Shown one piece after another: positions 61,788 through 64,000 of a stretch of DNA of 64,000 nt; the first letter of the stretch is position 1, and every line of letters starts with the position of its first letter. The translations under genes were made by a program, and so were the position numbers. Source of the stretch: Planctomycetota bacterium (GTDB lineage Bacteria; Planctomycetota; UBA8742; UBA2392); NCBI GenBank assembly GCA_019636195.1, contig JAHBYA010000006.1, forward strand, positions 61,017 to 125,016, in the 5' to 3' direction. The notes beneath the pieces are model-generated. The model worked only from the letters and a program-made list of their open reading frames with translations, was not told the origin of the DNA and made no database searches.

Positions 61788-63289
61788 TCGCTGGCGAGCG
61801 GTCGAAAACGGCCGTAGCCCTTTCTGTAGTGCGCGACAAACCATTCGCGCGCGCGGTCGTAGTCACGCTGCGGGCCCTTGGCGCGCAACGCTACGTGGTG
61901 CTGGATCGCGTATGCAATGAGGTAGGGCCGGACGCCCTTGGGCAACGATTGCTCCATCTCGGCTGCTGCGTCAAGGAGTTTGCGCGCTTCCTGCGGCCGC
62001 CCGCACAACAGCGCAAGCTGTGCTTCGAAGGTGCTTATCTGGAACTGCATCTGCGGCGATGACGGGTAACTTCGCCTGAGTGCTTCTATGTCCGCGCCTG
62101 CCTCAGCCAGTGTGCTCTGGGTGGGTTGTTGCAGCGCGCGCAACGCCCAGGTCGCGTGCGTGAACTCCGGCTCGGGGTCGTTGGACAGGTCCTTGCGCAA
62201 CTCACGATAGATCTCGAGCGCGCGTTGCAGGTTGGGCCCGGACTCAGACCATAGCGCCATGCGTGCAAGGCACTGCGCGAACAGCTCCACGCCGCCCACC
62301 GGCCTGGGCTGCACAGCCAGGTGTTCGAACTCGGCGACGCCCGAGAAGTACTGGGCGTAACTCCAGGGCCCCATCCAGGCGGGCCGAACCCGGTCGTCGA
62401 TGAAAGTCATCGCGCGCTGCAGCAACGGCATGCCTTCCTGGATCTCTCCAAGTTCGGTCAGCACGTCACCAATCTGTGCGTCAAGCCGCGCCAGCAGATG
62501 GGTCGGGGCCTGGTATGCATCGCCCAGCACGCGCATTGCGCGGCACAGGGCCACGCTTTCGTCAAGGCGGCCCGCGCCCTCCAGCAGGTAAGTAGAACGG
62601 ATGATCACGGCAAGCGCGTCGGTGCTCAACGTGCCGGCCCGGACAATCGCGCGCAACGCCGCGCTGCGCTGCTTGTCCACCGCAAGGTCTGAACGGTGCG
62701 CCACCATGTCGTCCATCGCCTGCGCTTCCAGCAACCGGAACGCGAGGTCTTCATCATCGCAAAGGCGCGCCACCTGCTCAGCGGCGCGGCGCAACTGGTG
62801 CACGCGCTCGGGGTGTTTGCGCCCGAAGCTGCTTTCCACATCGTCCAGAAGTTTGGCCAGAATCGGCCGGCTGTGCTCATTCAGCTTCTCGCGCAGTCTT
62901 TCATATGCGCGCAGGGCATCGTCCAGGTCGCGCAGCGCCTTCAGGTGCTGCTTGCCGGTCAGGGCGCCCAGCCGCATCTGCGCCACCACATGCATCGCCT
63001 CTACTACTTCAAGCAGGTCCGTCGCCATGCGCGCGTGGCCGGCGTGAATGTCAGCCAGATAGGGCGAGCCCTCGCCGTTCAACAGCCAGGCGGGGTTGAC
63101 ACCGAAGCCCTTGACCAACGCCGCGCAAAACGAGGCGGGAATGCGGTTGCCGGAAAGGTAGCGGCTTACGTTGGCCCGGCTTGTGGCGCAGACTCGGGCG
63201 ACGTCAGCCTGGCTGTGGCGGTCACAGACCTGCTGGAGTCTTTTGCGGATGCCCTCGTCTGCATCGGAATTGGGTTCGGTGTCCGGCAT
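61784..63289 (-). CDS. Transcriptional regulator, XRE-type HTH plus large helical domain (paralogue of 57955-59484)
   Basis: HTH HSQADVARVCATSRANVSRYL...FGVNPAWLLNGEG. Shared blocks (LLEVVEAM...MRLGALTGKQHLKALRDL) and C-terminal KGYGRF. Start chosen at MPDTEP to align with the paralogue. Confidence 0.65.
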   Translation of the reverse strand: MPDTEPNSDADEGIRKRLQQVCDRHSQADVARVCATSRANVSRYLSGNRIPASFCAALVKGFGVNPAWLLNGEGSPYLADIHAGHARMATDLLEVVEAMHVVAQMRLGALTGKQHLKALRDLDDALRAYERLREKLNEHSRPILAKLLDDVESSFGRKHPERVHQLRRAAEQVARLCDDEDLAFRLLEAQAMDDMVAHRSDLAVDKQRSAALRAIVRAGTLSTDALAVIIRSTYLLEGAGRLDESVALCRAMRVLGDAYQAPTHLLARLDAQIGDVLTELGEIQEGMPLLQRAMTFIDDRVRPAWMGPWSYAQYFSGVAEFEHLAVQPRPVGGVELFAQCLARMALWSESGPNLQRALEIYRELRKDLSNDPEPEFTHATWALRALQQPTQSTLAEAGADIEALRRSYPSSPQMQFQISTFEAQLALLCGRPQEARKLLDAAAEMEQSLPKGVRPYLIAYAIQHHVALRAKGPQRDYDRAREWFVAHYRKGYGRFRPLASD

Positions 63290-63460
63290 GGTTGCTTCAG
63301 GGCTAAAGTGATCCCGATCTGAAACAGAGGTCATGTAGTGATTCTGTTCAGTAACACTACTATACGATTACACTCAAAGTCAATTGCTAAATAGTTACAG
63401 TGGCGATCACCAGCACAAACCAGCGGCCAACACGCCGCAACCGGATAGTGGGGAGAACGC

Positions 63461-64000
63461 CATGAGAATTCCGTTTTGCCTTGTGACACTGGCTGCTTGC
63501 GTGTGCGCGGGCGCCTTGTCCGCCGTCACTGTCAACGTCAGCAATGAAACTGAACTGCGGCAGGCGATCAGCACCATCAACGCCAGCGCCGCAGCCCAGG
63601 ACGAAATCATTCTCGCGCCCGGCACCTACATGCGCGGCGCTGGCACGCCGGCCGCCGAGGAAAATGCCAATGCATCCGGCGACTACGACATCACCAAAGC
63701 GGTCAGCAACTCACGCGTGATCATCCGCGGTCAGGCTGGCCAGGGCGCAAGCACGATCATTGACGCCAACAACAACGACCGTGTCTTCCATATCTTCACG
63801 ACCGCGAACATCACCGTCGAGTTTCGTGACCTGACGTTGACTCGCGGACGCGCAATCGGCGACGGCGCCAGCCTGACCGAGGCACGCGGCGGCGGCATCC
63901 TGAACCGGCGCCCGGGCACCAGCGCGACCACCAGCAGCGTCGAGCTGCATAACGTGGTTATCCAGGACTGCCTTGCGATTGGCGAAGACGGCGCCGACGG
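63461..64000 (+). CDS. Secreted beta-helix protein with CSLREA-like N-terminal motif (5' partial, runs off the window)
   Basis: ATG 63461, signal peptide MRIPFCLVTLAACVCAGALSA. VNVSNETELRQAISTINAS...IILAPGTY...IIRGQAG..TIIDANNNDRVFHI is typical of CSLREA/Pmp-like beta-helix N-termini. Not in the ORF track because no stop lies within the window. Confidence 0.5.

Overview
This is a high-GC (about 65-68%), gene-dense chromosomal window from a Gram-negative (diderm) bacterium. It carries no rRNA, tRNA, CRISPR, transposase or integrase. I call about 49 protein-coding genes; the many Arg-rich antisense ORFs look like GC shadow artefacts. Coordinates follow the supplied ORF track; starts were refined by signal-peptide and RBS logic and are uncertain by a few codons.

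Recognisable housekeeping genes:
- queE (radical-SAM) at 148-855
- lpxC, fabZ and a Gfo/Idh/MocA oxidoreductase at 29966-32381
- a P-type Ca2+-ATPase, a CaCA antiporter and two MFS transporters
- an SDR, a cyclophilin PPIase and a NOX-like ferric reductase
- a DUF1800/DUF1501 pair and a PQQ-type sugar dehydrogenase

The rest is dominated by large secreted or lipo-proteins: beta-helix, PPC/pre-peptidase and P-domain proteins, PKD/Ig-like lipoproteins, VWA proteins, and Tat-lipoprotein propellers. This suggests a Myxococcota- or PVC-like lineage, but the phylum is uncertain.

Most notable findings:
1. A periplasmic thioredoxin-fold/TPR fusion protein whose active-site Cys codon is an in-frame TGA (W-U-G-P-C). 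A SECIS-like hairpin lies 16 nt downstream, so this is a probable selenoprotein that the ORF track split in two. The gene sits between two paralogous XRE-HTH plus long-helical-domain regulators.
2. A lipoprotein homologue of vertebrate-type protein-arginine deiminase (PAD). The catalytic motifs RWxQD, GHVDE and HCGTN are conserved, and an N-terminal PKD domain is fused on. It heads a putative operon with a HEAT-repeat protein, a cyclophilin and a TlpA-like thioredoxin, all secreted.
3. A recurrent C-terminal sorting tag on four large secreted proteins: Gly-rich spacer, Cys, small residues, a Trp-initiated hydrophobic helix, then an Arg cluster. It is in the MYXO-CTERM/GlyGly-CTERM class. No cognate sortase was found in the window.
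4. A tandemly duplicated two-gene cassette (secreted VWA protein plus Tat-lipoprotein beta-propeller). Each copy is preceded by a sigma54-type -24/-12 element.
5. Three tandem small paralogues sharing an approximately 80-aa domain, downstream of the Ca2+-ATPase.
6. Several repeat arrays and palindromes in AT-richer intergenic islands.
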